Source of the DNA: an uncultured delta proteobacterium
GTDB taxonomy: Bacteria > Myxococcota > Myxococcia > Myxococcales > Myxococcaceae
Direction: 5' to 3'
DNA length: 64,000 bases
NCBI GenBank assembly: GCA_963771175.1
Contig: CAVYSY010000026.1
Span: 96,001 to 160,000, forward strand
In this document: piece after piece, positions 53,876 through 63,117 of the stretch
How positions within the stretch are numbered: position 1 is the first letter of the stretch
Layout of the letters: each line of letters starts with the position of its first letter
Translations under genes and position numbers: made by a program
The notes under the pieces: model-generated
Seen by the model: only the letters and a program-made list of their open reading frames with translations
Database searches by the model: none
What the model was told of the DNA's origin: nothing

Positions 53876-54592
53876 CTAGGTGCCGCGGATGCGGATGACG
53901 TAGACCAGCTTGCCCACGTTCTTCAGCACGTTGGGCACGCGCCTGAAGAGGTGGATGGAGGGCTGGCGCTTCTCGTGGAGCTGGATGGGAATCTCCACCA
54001 CCCGCAGCCCCTCGCGCCAGGCGCGGATGACGAACTCGCTGGCGAACACGTCCATGTCCACCACGCACTTGGCCACCACCGGAAGCAGCGCCTCGCGCCG
54101 GAAGGCCTTCAGCCCGTGCGTGTCCGTGCCCTGGAAGCCCAGCGTCACCCGCAACAGCTTGTTGTGCACCCGCGTGGCCACGCGCCGGATGAGGGGCCGC
54201 TGGTCGCTCGCGCCCTTGGCGGCCTTCGAGCCCACCACCATGTCCGCCCCGCCCTTCTCCAGCAGCGGCAGCGCCGAGTCGTAGAAGGTCAGGTCGCACA
54301 GGTCGATCTCATCGCAGACGACGTAGGTGCCGCGGGCCTTCTCGATGCCGGCCTTCAGCGCCGTGCCGTAGTTGGGCCGCTCCGAGTGGAACCAGCGCAG
54401 GCGCGGGTTCTTCGCGCACAGCTCCTCGAGGATCTGGGGCGTGGCGTCGCGCGAGCCGTTCTCCGCGAAGATGATCTCGTAGTCCCACCCCCGCGCGTCG
54501 AGCCCTTGGGAGAGCTCCGCCGCGGCGGAGGCGACGATGGCCGCCTCGTTGTAGACGGGGATGACGATGGAGAGGTACGGGGACGAAGCCAT
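53876..54592 (-). CDS. GT2 glycosyltransferase (polyprenol-phosphate sugar synthase-like)
   Basis: LSIVIPVYNE, ENGSRDAT, DEID, ADMVVGSK, DTHGLKAFRR. Confidence 0.9.
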   Translation of the reverse strand: MASSPYLSIVIPVYNEAAIVASAAAELSQGLDARGWDYEIIFAENGSRDATPQILEELCAKNPRLRWFHSERPNYGTALKAGIEKARGTYVVCDEIDLCDLTFYDSALPLLEKGGADMVVGSKAAKGASDQRPLIRRVATRVHNKLLRVTLGFQGTDTHGLKAFRREALLPVVAKCVVDMDVFASEFVIRAWREGLRVVEIPIQLHEKRQPSIHLFRRVPNVLKNVGKLVYVIRIRGT

Positions 54593-54664
54593 GGGCGGGC
54601 GATTCACGTAGCATGCCCCCGCGGGCTCCGTCGACGATCAACTACCGCCGGCCCCGCCCCTCCG

Positions 54665-55978
54665 TCAGCCGTTCAACCGGCGCGCGCAGGCCCGTCCGGC
54701 GAGGATGGCATCCTCCATGGACGAGTACTCCCACTGCCCGTAGCGCCCCGCGGGGAGGATACCGGCGTGCTCCAGGAAGCGGAGGATCTCCGTCTTCGCC
54801 GGCCCGTAGGCTTCGTCATAGAGGACGTAGGCGTGGGGAATCTCCCGCGCCCGGGTGAAGAGCAGGTCGTCCGCCGAGTGCACCATCTGAGAGCGAACCA
54901 GGTCCTCCACCGCGTGCTGCTCGGCCTGGGCCAGGGACAGCTCGCCGTGGTGGCTGTACTCCACGGAGAAGGTGGCGGTGTCTGGAGGTGCCAGCGGCGC
55001 GTACACCGCCGAGGGCGAGCCGATGCGGTACGACTTGAACTCGGGCTCGGGCAGGTAGATCCAATGCCAGGGCTGGCGGTTCTTCCCACGAGCGGCCACG
55101 CACACGTACGTCACCGTGGTGGCGCGCAGGCGCCCAGCGGCGGCCAGCACCTCGTCGGGCACACCGGAGCCGCCCTTCGCCACCAGCCGCACCAGCCCGG
55201 GCAGCGAGATGGAGGAGATGAGCTGCGAGTAGCCGAGCGTGCGCCCGTCCGACAGGGAGACCTTCCGGGCCTTCCAGTCGATGGCGGTGGGCTCGGTATT
55301 GACGCTCAGCTCCCCGCCCTTCAGGTGGGCCAGCATGGCGCGGGCGAGGCTCTCGATGCCGCCCTCGCGCGGGTAGAGGAAGGAGGCGTTGTAGCCCAAC
55401 GCGTCGCTCCCCACGCCCAGCGCTCCGTCCACCACCTCCTTCAAGGTAGGCCGCGGCACGAAGCGCCCCACCCAGGCAGCGGACAGCTCGGACGGGTCCA
55501 CCGTCCACAGCTTCTTGTTGTAGGGGAGCATGAAGTTCTTCGCGAACCCCTCCCCCATGTAGCGCAGGATGAACTCGGTGAAGTTGCGGGGCTCGCGCTC
55601 GCGCAGCTCCCGGCCCTTCTCCCCGTAGATGGCCTCCACGTAGCCGATGAGGTTCTCCGCCACCACCTCGGGCGGCAGGCCATGCGTGTTCACCTGGTAC
55701 GGGAAGCGCGTGAAGATGCCCCGCGAGAAGATGCCCGCCTTGCGCTGGATGGACACGAGCTGGTCCGGCAGCCAGCGCGTGTTCACCAGTTCCTTGATCT
55801 CCGGGTCTCTCAGGTGGAGCCAGTGCCCGGTGGGGTCGAAGTAGCACCCATCGAGAATCTCGGTCTTGATGAGCCCGCCGACACGCTCGGACTTCTCGAT
55901 GAGGCGCCAGGGACGCTGGAGGAAGTGCGCGGCGGACAGCCCCGCGAGGCCCGCACCGAGGATGACGATGGGTTCCAT
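54665..55978 (-). CDS. FAD-dependent oxidoreductase (UDP-galactopyranose mutase/protoporphyrinogen oxidase-like)
   Basis: ILGAGLAGLSAA, VGGL, PYNKKLW, FLYPREGG, GRYGQWEYSSMED. Confidence 0.85.
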   Translation of the reverse strand: MEPIVILGAGLAGLSAAHFLQRPWRLIEKSERVGGLIKTEILDGCYFDPTGHWLHLRDPEIKELVNTRWLPDQLVSIQRKAGIFSRGIFTRFPYQVNTHGLPPEVVAENLIGYVEAIYGEKGRELREREPRNFTEFILRYMGEGFAKNFMLPYNKKLWTVDPSELSAAWVGRFVPRPTLKEVVDGALGVGSDALGYNASFLYPREGGIESLARAMLAHLKGGELSVNTEPTAIDWKARKVSLSDGRTLGYSQLISSISLPGLVRLVAKGGSGVPDEVLAAAGRLRATTVTYVCVAARGKNRQPWHWIYLPEPEFKSYRIGSPSAVYAPLAPPDTATFSVEYSHHGELSLAQAEQHAVEDLVRSQMVHSADDLLFTRAREIPHAYVLYDEAYGPAKTEILRFLEHAGILPAGRYGQWEYSSMEDAILAGRACARRLNG

Positions 55979-56199
55979 GGGAAAACCGGGTCTACCACCT
56001 TCACTGCCACATGGGGCAACAGGAGCGTTGCATCTGTCGGCCCGGAACCGGCGCCCCCCGCCCGCCTGCCCTGCCGCCGAGGATGGGTCCGACGCGAGGT
56101 GTCGCGTTCTTTGCCGCCTGGAAAATGCCTCTGATAACCTGCGCCCGCCGCGGGTCAGTGCGGCCGTTCGCGTCCGATGGCCCCCGCTGAAGGAAACCC

Positions 56200-59100
56200 A
56201 TGAAAGTCTCCTGCCCGTCTTGCCAGACGAACTACAACATCGATGACAAGCGGATCCCGCCGGGCGGCGCGAAGCTCAAGTGCGCCCGTTGCCAGAACAC
56301 CTTCCCCATCAAGCCCGGCGATGCGGTGAGCGCGCCGGCTCGCGGCCTCGCGCCCGAGCCCCTGTCCATGTCCGCCGCCGTCCCGCTGCCCGGCCCCGCC
56401 GCGCCAGCGGATCCGTACGCGGCCTACGATGACTTCCAGCGGCCCCCGGAGAGCGAGGCCACCCGCGTCGTCGCCCTCCCCGTGCCGAGCGCGGCCTACC
56501 GCGACACCGCGGCCCCGTCCGCCGCCATCCCGCTGCCCGGCCCCACCGACTACGCCGGCACCGCGCGCGACTTCGACTACAACGCGTCCGAGCCCTCGCC
56601 GGACCTCGCGTACAACGTGAGCGCGTCCGAGCCTGTCACGGGCGAGGCCATCCCGCTGCCGGGCGTGAGCGACCCGTACGCGGGCAGCGCGTACCCGATG
56701 GCGGGCGACGCCGTGCCACTGCCCGGCGCCTCCGACGGCTACGGGAGCGCGGGCAACTACGACTACGCTTCGAACCCGTACGACGCCGCCCCGCAGGCGG
56801 ACGCCGTCGCCCTGCCCCCTCCGGCCTACGGCAACCCGTACGACGCCGCCCCACCGGAGGACGCCTTCGCCCTGCCTCCTCCGCCCTCCGCCGAGGAGCC
56901 CTACCCGTACGCGGCCGAGCCCACGGCGAGCGCCATCGCCCTGCCTCCTCCGCCCGGCGATTTCTCGCATCATCCGACCACGACCGAGGTGGACACGTTC
57001 GCCCTGCCGCCTCCGGCCGAGGACCCGTATGCCGCCGCTCCGGGCTCCGAGGACCCGTTCGGTCTGCCGCCGACTCCGGCCTACGAGGACCCGTACGCCG
57101 CCGCTCCGGGTTCCGAGGATCCGTTCGCCCTGCCGCCTCCGGCCGAGGACCCGTATGCCGCCGCTCCGGGCTCCGAGGATCCGTTCGCCCTGCCGCCGAC
57201 CCCGGCCTACGAGGACCCGTACGCCGCCGCTCCAGGCGCCGAGGACCCGTTCGCCCTGCCGCCTCCCGCGGCGGATGTGACGAACCTCGACTTCTCCGAG
57301 CCCCCGCCCGTCGTGCCCGCGGCGCCTCCCAACGTCGCCACCGACTTCGGGGACGTGGACTTCGGCGAGCCCCCGCCCGTCGCGGCGGCCACGGCCTCCA
57401 TCCCCGACGCGCTCGAGTTCGATCCGACCTCGCCGACCCAGCCGGCGGGCGATGACCTCGAGGCCGATCTCTCCGCGCCGCTGCCGCCTCCGCCCGCCGC
57501 GGGCACGGCCGACGGCCTGGAGATGCTCAGCTTCATCGACGACGCCGCCAAGGAGAACGGAGGCAACAAGCCCAAGGCCAACGTGCGCCGCTTCCACGTG
57601 CGCCGCCGCTCGGGCAAGGTCTTCGGGCCCTTCGAAGAAGGCGTCGTCGTCAAGATGCTCGAGGACGGTCAGCTCCTCGGCAACGAGGACGTCTCCAACG
57701 ACGCCGATTCCTGGACGCCCATCGGCACGGTGCCCATCTTCGCCACGGCCATCCAGAAGCTGATGGAGGGGCCGGGCACGCCCGCCGCTCCCGCCGCCGC
57801 GCCCCCCGTGCCCGGTACCGAGCCCGGCTCCAAGGCCAGCCAGTCCGCCGCCAATGCCGCCAATGCCGCCGCCAACATGGAGCGGTTGAACCAGCTCTAC
57901 GGCGGCCGCATGGCGGCGGTGGCCGTGGTGGACACCACCTCGCGCGCCGAGCTCCTCGTCGCGAAGCTCAAGAAGCGCCTGCCCTTGGTGATCGCCGCCG
58001 CGGCGGCGGTCCTCGTGCTCGGAGTGGGCCTTGGATTCGGAGCCACGCGCTACGGAGTCTTCGGGCTCAAGAAGTTCTTCCCCTCCAAGGTCTCGGCTGG
58101 CTCGTCGGAAGCCGCGGACGTGCAGGCCGCGCAGAAGGCGCTGCTCCAGGACTCCTTCCAGAGCTACAAGCAGGCCCGGACGCTGAGCCAGAAGGTGCTG
58201 GCCTCCAAGGAGTACCCGGAGGTCCGCGCCCTCTGGTGCCAGGCCGTCTTCTACCTCCAGCGCCGCTACTCGGCCGCGGATCCCAACGAGCTCAACCAGT
58301 GCCGCGCCGAGGAGGAGGTGGCGAGCCTCGAGCTGCTGGGCGAGAAGAACGTCGAGTACGTCAAGTTCCTCGCGGGCAAGGCGCTCACCGCCCGTGAGCC
58401 GGACACGGCCATCCCGCTCGCGCAGGACGCCTGGAGCCGCGAGGCCAACCAGGGAGATGCCGAGCTGGCCTTCCTGCTCGCCGAGGCCTACTCGGCCAAG
58501 AACCAGAACGACCAGGCCATCGAGACGCTGAAGCGGGTGCTGGAGAAGCAGCCCGACTCGGTGAAGGCGCACCACGCCCTGGGCAACCTCTACCAGGCGA
58601 CGGGCAAGGCGGACGAGGCCGCGAAGTCCTACGAGGCCGCGCTCAAGGCGGATGCCACCCACATCATCTCCGCGCTGGAGCTGGCGGCGGTGGAGGTGCT
58701 GCTGCGCAAGGACGCGCAGAAGGGCCTCGAGGCCGCCGAGCGCGCGCTGGACGAGAAGGCGCAGGCGGAGATGGGCCCCGCGGAGGTGGCCCGCGCCCGC
58801 ACCCTCAAGGGCATCGCCCTCTTCCAGCTCTTCAAGCCCAAGGAGGCCGAGCAGGAGCTGAAGGCCGCGATGGAGAAGGACCCCAGCTCCATCCTCATCA
58901 AGGCCAACCTGGCGCGCGTGCTGCGCTCCCAGCGCCGCTTCGCCGACGCCCTGCCCTTCTACGAGACGGTGGCCAAGGCCGATCCGCGGAACCTCGAGTA
59001 CACCGACGGCCACATCAGCACGCTGGTGGTCACCGGCAAGATGGAGGACGCGCAGAAGGCGGTGGAGGAGGCCAACAAGCGCTTCCCGGGCAACGCTCGC

Positions 59101-60363
59101 ATCGAGTACCTCTACGGCCGCATCGACGAGGCGCGTGACAGCAACCTCAGCGCCGAGGAGCACTACCAGCGCGCCATCAAGGCCGACGCCGAGCTCGTCG
59201 AGGCCAACGTCTACCTCGGCCGCTTCTACGTGCGCCTGCGCCGCAACAAGGAGGCGCGTGAGCAGTTCGAGCTGGCCGCCTCCAAGGCGCCCCAGAACGC
59301 CGCCGTGCGCGTGGGTCTCGGGGAGCTGGCGCTCGCCGAGGAGAACATCCCCACGGCCCAGGAGGAGTTCACTCGCGCCGTCGAGTTCGATCCCACCCTC
59401 GCCGACGCCCACCTCGGGCTGTCCCACCTGGCGCTGCTGGCCGGGGACCTGGAGAAGGCCCAGAAGGACGCCGACACGGCCCTGGAGCTGGATCCGAACC
59501 TCAAGGGTGGCCGGCTGCAGCGCGGCACCGTGCTGTATCGCCTGGGCAAGCTGGACGAGGCCCTCACCGAACTGGAGCAGGCCAAGAAGGAGGATCCGCG
59601 CTCGGTGCTGCCGTCCATCACCCTGGGCACGGTGCAGATCGCCAAGGGCAACCTCAAGGACGCCGAGGCCAACCTCCTCCTGGCGCTCAAGAGCGAGCCC
59701 TCCAACTTCGAGGCGAACTTCCAGATGGCCATGCTGCGGGCCAAGCGCGGCGAGTACACCCAGGCCCTCGAGAGCATGAAGAGCGCCGTGGACCGCGCCC
59801 CTCAGCGCGCCGACTACCGCTACGCCTACGGTGTCCTCTTCCGCGAGGCCAAGCAGCCGGCGGACGCCATCGAGCAGTGGAAGCAGGCGGTGGCGCTGGA
59901 TCCGCAGATGGCCGACGCCCACGAGTCCCTGGGTCAGGCCTACCTGGAGTCCAACTCGCTCGACGACGCCATCAAGGCCTTCCAGGCCACGCTCAAGGTG
60001 GACCCCAAGCGCACCCGGGCGCTCGCCGCCATTGGCGACGCGCACTTCACGGCCATGCGCTGGCGCGAGGCCATCCGCTTCTACGAGCAGGCGCTCAAGG
60101 CGGCTCCGGACCTCACCGTCGTCTTCTACAAGATGGCGCGCTGCTACAGCGAACAGGGCCAGCACGCCAAGTCCATCGACTGGTACGTGAAGGCCACCGT
60201 GGCCAAGCCGGACGAGGCCGATGCCTGGTACCACCTGGGCTACGCGTACAAGGAGAAGGGCAAGAAGGCGGACGCGGTCAAGGCCTTCCAGGAGTACCTC
60301 ACGCGCAAGCCCGAGGCGGAGGACCGCAAGGAAATCGAGGACGAGATCAGCTTCCTGGAGTAG
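56200..60363 (+). CDS. zinc-ribbon (MJ0042-type) / Pro-rich linker / GYF-like / TM / TPR protein
   Basis: CPSCQTNYNIDD..KCARC; GKVFGPF..W GYF_2-like motif; TM LVIAAAAAVLVLGVGLGF; numerous TPRs. Confidence 0.85.
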   Translation: MKVSCPSCQTNYNIDDKRIPPGGAKLKCARCQNTFPIKPGDAVSAPARGLAPEPLSMSAAVPLPGPAAPADPYAAYDDFQRPPESEATRVVALPVPSAAYRDTAAPSAAIPLPGPTDYAGTARDFDYNASEPSPDLAYNVSASEPVTGEAIPLPGVSDPYAGSAYPMAGDAVPLPGASDGYGSAGNYDYASNPYDAAPQADAVALPPPAYGNPYDAAPPEDAFALPPPPSAEEPYPYAAEPTASAIALPPPPGDFSHHPTTTEVDTFALPPPAEDPYAAAPGSEDPFGLPPTPAYEDPYAAAPGSEDPFALPPPAEDPYAAAPGSEDPFALPPTPAYEDPYAAAPGAEDPFALPPPAADVTNLDFSEPPPVVPAAPPNVATDFGDVDFGEPPPVAAATASIPDALEFDPTSPTQPAGDDLEADLSAPLPPPPAAGTADGLEMLSFIDDAAKENGGNKPKANVRRFHVRRRSGKVFGPFEEGVVVKMLEDGQLLGNEDVSNDADSWTPIGTVPIFATAIQKLMEGPGTPAAPAAAPPVPGTEPGSKASQSAANAANAAANMERLNQLYGGRMAAVAVVDTTSRAELLVAKLKKRLPLVIAAAAAVLVLGVGLGFGATRYGVFGLKKFFPSKVSAGSSEAADVQAAQKALLQDSFQSYKQARTLSQKVLASKEYPEVRALWCQAVFYLQRRYSAADPNELNQCRAEEEVASLELLGEKNVEYVKFLAGKALTAREPDTAIPLAQDAWSREANQGDAELAFLLAEAYSAKNQNDQAIETLKRVLEKQPDSVKAHHALGNLYQATGKADEAAKSYEAALKADATHIISALELAAVEVLLRKDAQKGLEAAERALDEKAQAEMGPAEVARARTLKGIALFQLFKPKEAEQELKAAMEKDPSSILIKANLARVLRSQRRFADALPFYETVAKADPRNLEYTDGHISTLVVTGKMEDAQKAVEEANKRFPGNARIEYLYGRIDEARDSNLSAEEHYQRAIKADAELVEANVYLGRFYVRLRRNKEAREQFELAASKAPQNAAVRVGLGELALAEENIPTAQEEFTRAVEFDPTLADAHLGLSHLALLAGDLEKAQKDADTALELDPNLKGGRLQRGTVLYRLGKLDEALTELEQAKKEDPRSVLPSITLGTVQIAKGNLKDAEANLLLALKSEPSNFEANFQMAMLRAKRGEYTQALESMKSAVDRAPQRADYRYAYGVLFREAKQPADAIEQWKQAVALDPQMADAHESLGQAYLESNSLDDAIKAFQATLKVDPKRTRALAAIGDAHFTAMRWREAIRFYEQALKAAPDLTVVFYKMARCYSEQGQHAKSIDWYVKATVAKPDEADAWYHLGYAYKEKGKKADAVKAFQEYLTRKPEAEDRKEIEDEISFLE
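56998..57270 (+). repeat. coding tandem repeat with alternating 60-bp and 66-bp units
   Basis: Units start at 56998, 57058, 57124, 57184 and 57250: FALPPPAEDPYAAAPGSEDP / F(G/A)LPPTPAYEDPYAAAPG(S/A)EDP. Confidence 0.9.
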
Positions 60364-60453
60364 CCACTCGCCCCCTCCCGGGCGTCCGTTTCCGGGCGCC
60401 CGGGTACGACATGCCTTGCCCGGCCCGCGCGGGGTGACTAGAACCGCCTCGCC

Positions 60454-61734
60454 ATGCTGGATCTCAAGTACGTCGCGCAGAACTTCGATGCGGTGGTCGC
60501 CCGGCTGCAGTCCCGGGGCGGCAGCCTGGACCTCGGCCCCTTCAAGAGCCTCGTGTCGGAACGGCGAGACCTCTACGTGGCGATGGAGTCGCTCGCCGCG
60601 CGCCGCAACGCCGCCAATGAGGAGATGAAGCGCAAGGCCAAGGAGGACCCCGCGGCCCTCGAGGCGCTGCGCGGGGAGATGCGCGCCGTCTCCCAGTCCA
60701 TCAAGGAGAAGGAGGCGCGACTCAAGGAAGTGGAGGAGGAGCTCAGCCACATCCTGCTGCTCATCCCCAACGTCCCCCACGAGTCCGTGCCCGTGGGCGC
60801 CAGCGCCGACGAGAACGTCCAGGTGCGCGTCTGGGGCGACAAGCCCATCCTCCCCTTCACGCCCAAGCAGCACTTCGAGCTGGGCGAGAAGCTGGGGATG
60901 CTGGACTTCGAGCGCGCCGCCAAGGTGTCCGGCTCCCGGTTCGCCTTCTACAAGGGAGCGCTCGCCCGGCTGGAGCGGGCCCTGGTGACCTTCATGATCG
61001 ACGTGCACACCCAGAAGGGGTACGTCGAGATGCTGCCGCCCTACCTCGTGCTCCGCGAGACGATGCTGGGCACCGGCCAGCTCCCGAAGTTCGAGGAGGA
61101 CGCCTTCAAGACGGTCGGCGAGCCCGAGCGCTTCCTCATTCCCACCTCCGAGGTGCCCGTCACCAACTACCACTCGGATGAAATCCTCGATGGCGACGTG
61201 CTTCCGGTGAAGTACTGCGCCTTCAGCCCCTGCTTCCGCGCCGAGGCGGGCTCGGCGGGCAAGGACACGCGCGGCCTCATCCGCCAGCACCAGTTCCACA
61301 AGGTGGAGATGGTGAAGTTCTCCCACCCGGACAGCAGCCTGGACGAGCTGGAGAAGATGACGGACGACGCCTGCGACATCCTCCGGCGCCTGGGGCTGCA
61401 CCACCGGGTGATGCTGCTGTGCACCGGAGACATGGGCTTCGCTTCCCGGAAGACCTACGACATCGAGGTCTGGCTGCCTGGCCAGGGGACGTACCGCGAG
61501 ATTTCCTCCTGCTCGGACTGCGGCGACTTCCAGGCCCGCCGGGCCAAAATCCGCTACCGGGCCCAGAAGGGGGACAAGCCCCATCTCCTCCACACGCTCA
61601 ATGGCAGCGGCCTGGCCGTGGGGCGGACGACCATCGCCATCCTCGAGAACTACCAGCGCGAGGACGGAAGCATCGCCATCCCGGAGGCGTTGGTGCCGTA
61701 CATGGGCGGTCTCAAGGAATTGAGGCCGCTGTAG
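60454..61734 (+). CDS. serS: serine--tRNA ligase
   Basis: [57 protein letters not shown]. Confidence 0.97.
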   Translation: MLDLKYVAQNFDAVVARLQSRGGSLDLGPFKSLVSERRDLYVAMESLAARRNAANEEMKRKAKEDPAALEALRGEMRAVSQSIKEKEARLKEVEEELSHILLLIPNVPHESVPVGASADENVQVRVWGDKPILPFTPKQHFELGEKLGMLDFERAAKVSGSRFAFYKGALARLERALVTFMIDVHTQKGYVEMLPPYLVLRETMLGTGQLPKFEEDAFKTVGEPERFLIPTSEVPVTNYHSDEILDGDVLPVKYCAFSPCFRAEAGSAGKDTRGLIRQHQFHKVEMVKFSHPDSSLDELEKMTDDACDILRRLGLHHRVMLLCTGDMGFASRKTYDIEVWLPGQGTYREISSCSDCGDFQARRAKIRYRAQKGDKPHLLHTLNGSGLAVGRTTIAILENYQREDGSIAIPEALVPYMGGLKELRPL

Positions 61735-61845
61735 GCCTCTTCCCGCTGTCAGAATCCAGAACCCCACAACGTTGTTGCAATGGGCTCCGGATGATGTAGA
61801 AGGGCGACCCACGCAGTTCGGTGGGTCGCGCGGCTTCGAGCAGTT

Positions 61846-61932
61846 GGAGGAGTGGCCGAGCGGCTGAAGGCAGCGGTCTTGAAAACCGCAGGTGGCGAAA
61901 GCCTCCCGTAGGTTCGAATCCTACCTCCTCCG
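61846..61932 (+). tRNA. tRNA-Ser(TGA)
   Basis: GGAGGAG/CTCCTCC acceptor stem; anticodon arm GCGGT-CT-TGA-AA-ACCGC; long variable arm; GGTTCGAATCC. Confidence 0.95.
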
Positions 61933-61975
61933 ATTTTGTTCTTGCGGTACGCGGTTCTTTGACAGTAAAGGCATT

Positions 61976-62065
61976 GGAGAGATGGCCGAGAGGCTGAAGG
62001 CACAGGTTTGCTAAACCTGCATACTCGAAAGGGTATCGAGGGTTCGAATCCCTCTCTCTCCGCCA
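61976..62065 (+). tRNA. tRNA-Ser(GCT)
   Basis: CAGGT-TT-GCT-AA-ACCTG; long variable arm; encoded CCA. Confidence 0.95.
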
Positions 62066-62163
62066 CTTATCTTGGTTGTAGTAGAGCGAAGTTGCGGTAG
62101 CGAAAAAGAAGTTGTGGTACAGAGGCAGCGGTTGTGGTAGAAGCGGCGCAAAGGTAACGGAAA

Positions 62164-62240
62164 GCTCCCTTAGCTCAGCTGGATAGAGCGTCGGACTACG
62201 AATCCGAAGGCCGGAGGTTCGAATCCTCCAGGGAGCGCCA
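62164..62240 (+). tRNA. tRNA-Arg(ACG)
   Basis: TCGGA-CT-ACG-AA-TCCGA; 77 nt with encoded CCA. Confidence 0.95.
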
Positions 62241-62264
62241 CCTTTCCCCTCCTCCAATCCCCTC

Positions 62265-62732
62265 ATGAGTCCGGACGAAGTCTTCATGCAGCAGGCCCTT
62301 GCGCTCGCGCGGGAGGCTGCCGGGCTTGGGGAAGTCCCCGTCGGAGCAGTAGCCGTACACGATGGAAAGATCATCGGGAGCGGTTTCAATCGACGGGAGC
62401 TCGACCGGAATCCCCTGGCCCACGCGGAGATCTTCGCGTTGGACGCAGCGGCCAAGGCGTTAGGAGCGTGGCGACTCACGGGTGTCACCCTGTATGTGAC
62501 GCTGGAGCCGTGCGCGATGTGCGCCGGAGCACTGGTCCAATCGAGAGTCACCCGTCTGGTCTTCGGAACGAAGGATCCGAAAGCCGGAGCAGTCGGCTCT
62601 CTCTACAACCTCGCGGAGGAGCCCCGGCACAACCACCGGCTCCAAGTGATGAGTGGGGTTTTGGCGGACGAGAGCCGCCAGATGCTGAAGGACTTCTTCG
62701 AGCGCCTGCGCGAGAAGAAACGAGAAAAGTGA
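62265..62732 (+). CDS. tadA: tRNA adenosine(34) deaminase
   Basis: GEVPVGAV, AHAE, TLEPCAMCAGA, DPKAGA, NH. Confidence 0.95.
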   Translation: MSPDEVFMQQALALAREAAGLGEVPVGAVAVHDGKIIGSGFNRRELDRNPLAHAEIFALDAAAKALGAWRLTGVTLYVTLEPCAMCAGALVQSRVTRLVFGTKDPKAGAVGSLYNLAEEPRHNHRLQVMSGVLADESRQMLKDFFERLREKKREK

Positions 62733-62737
62733 ATATT

Positions 62738-62824
62738 GGAGAGCTGGCCGAGTGGTCGAAGGCACCTGACTCGAAATCAGGCATACCGGGAACGGTATCG
62801 TAGGTTCGAATCCTACGCTCTCCG
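62738..62824 (+). tRNA. tRNA-Ser(CGA)
   Basis: CCTGA-CT-CGA-AA-TCAGG; long variable arm. Confidence 0.95.
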
Positions 62825-62837
62825 CAGAGTGTCTCAT

Positions 62838-62924
62838 GGAGAGGTGGCCGAGCGGTTGAAGGCGCACGCCTGGAACGCGTGTATATCTGAAAGGGTATCG
62901 TGGGTTCGAATCCCACCCTCTCCG
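62838..62924 (+). tRNA. tRNA-Ser(GGA)
   Basis: CACGC-CT-GGA-AC-GCGTG; long variable arm. Confidence 0.95.
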
Positions 62925-62942
62925 TAGTTGTTACTTGATTTG

Positions 62943-63038
62943 AAGAGCTTGTGGTCGGGACAACGTGGGGACGTGAACCCCGCCAGGTCCGGAAGGAAGC
63001 AACGGTAGCGCACCTCCGCGTGTGTCCCGGCCGTTCTT
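62943..63038 (+). ncRNA. ffs: signal recognition particle RNA (small bacterial 4.5S type)
   Basis: Conserved helix-8 core CAGGTCCGGAAGGAAGCAAC inside the long hairpin GGTCGGGACA...TGTCCCGGCC. Ends are approximate. Confidence 0.9.
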
Positions 63039-63040
63039 GT

Positions 63041-63087
63041 GAAGGAGCCGAGCATCCCTGCAAAGGGTTGCTCGGCTCCTTCTTTTT
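63041..63087 (+). terminator. intrinsic terminator of the tRNA/tadA/ffs unit
   Basis: GAAGGAGCCGAGCA...TGCTCGGCTCCTTC followed by TTTTT. Confidence 0.85.
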
Positions 63088-63117
63088 GCCCGGAAGCGCC
63101 CTGCTCCAGCGCCCCGC

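Noticed and set aside
56998..57270. Regular repeats as a CRISPR array
   Set aside because: They are in-frame coding repeats with no unique spacers, and there are no cas genes.
56155..61812. Very long antisense ORFs (also 17023-20283, 8591-11680 upstream part, 21763-24102, 42267-44873)
   Set aside because: Shadow ORFs caused by high GC3 on the opposite coding strand; no protein motifs.
61846..61932. tRNA with 'TGA' as a possible tRNA-Sec
   Set aside because: TGA here is the anticodon (reads UCA, Ser). tRNA-Sec needs a TCA anticodon and an extended acceptor stem. No selC was seen in the window.
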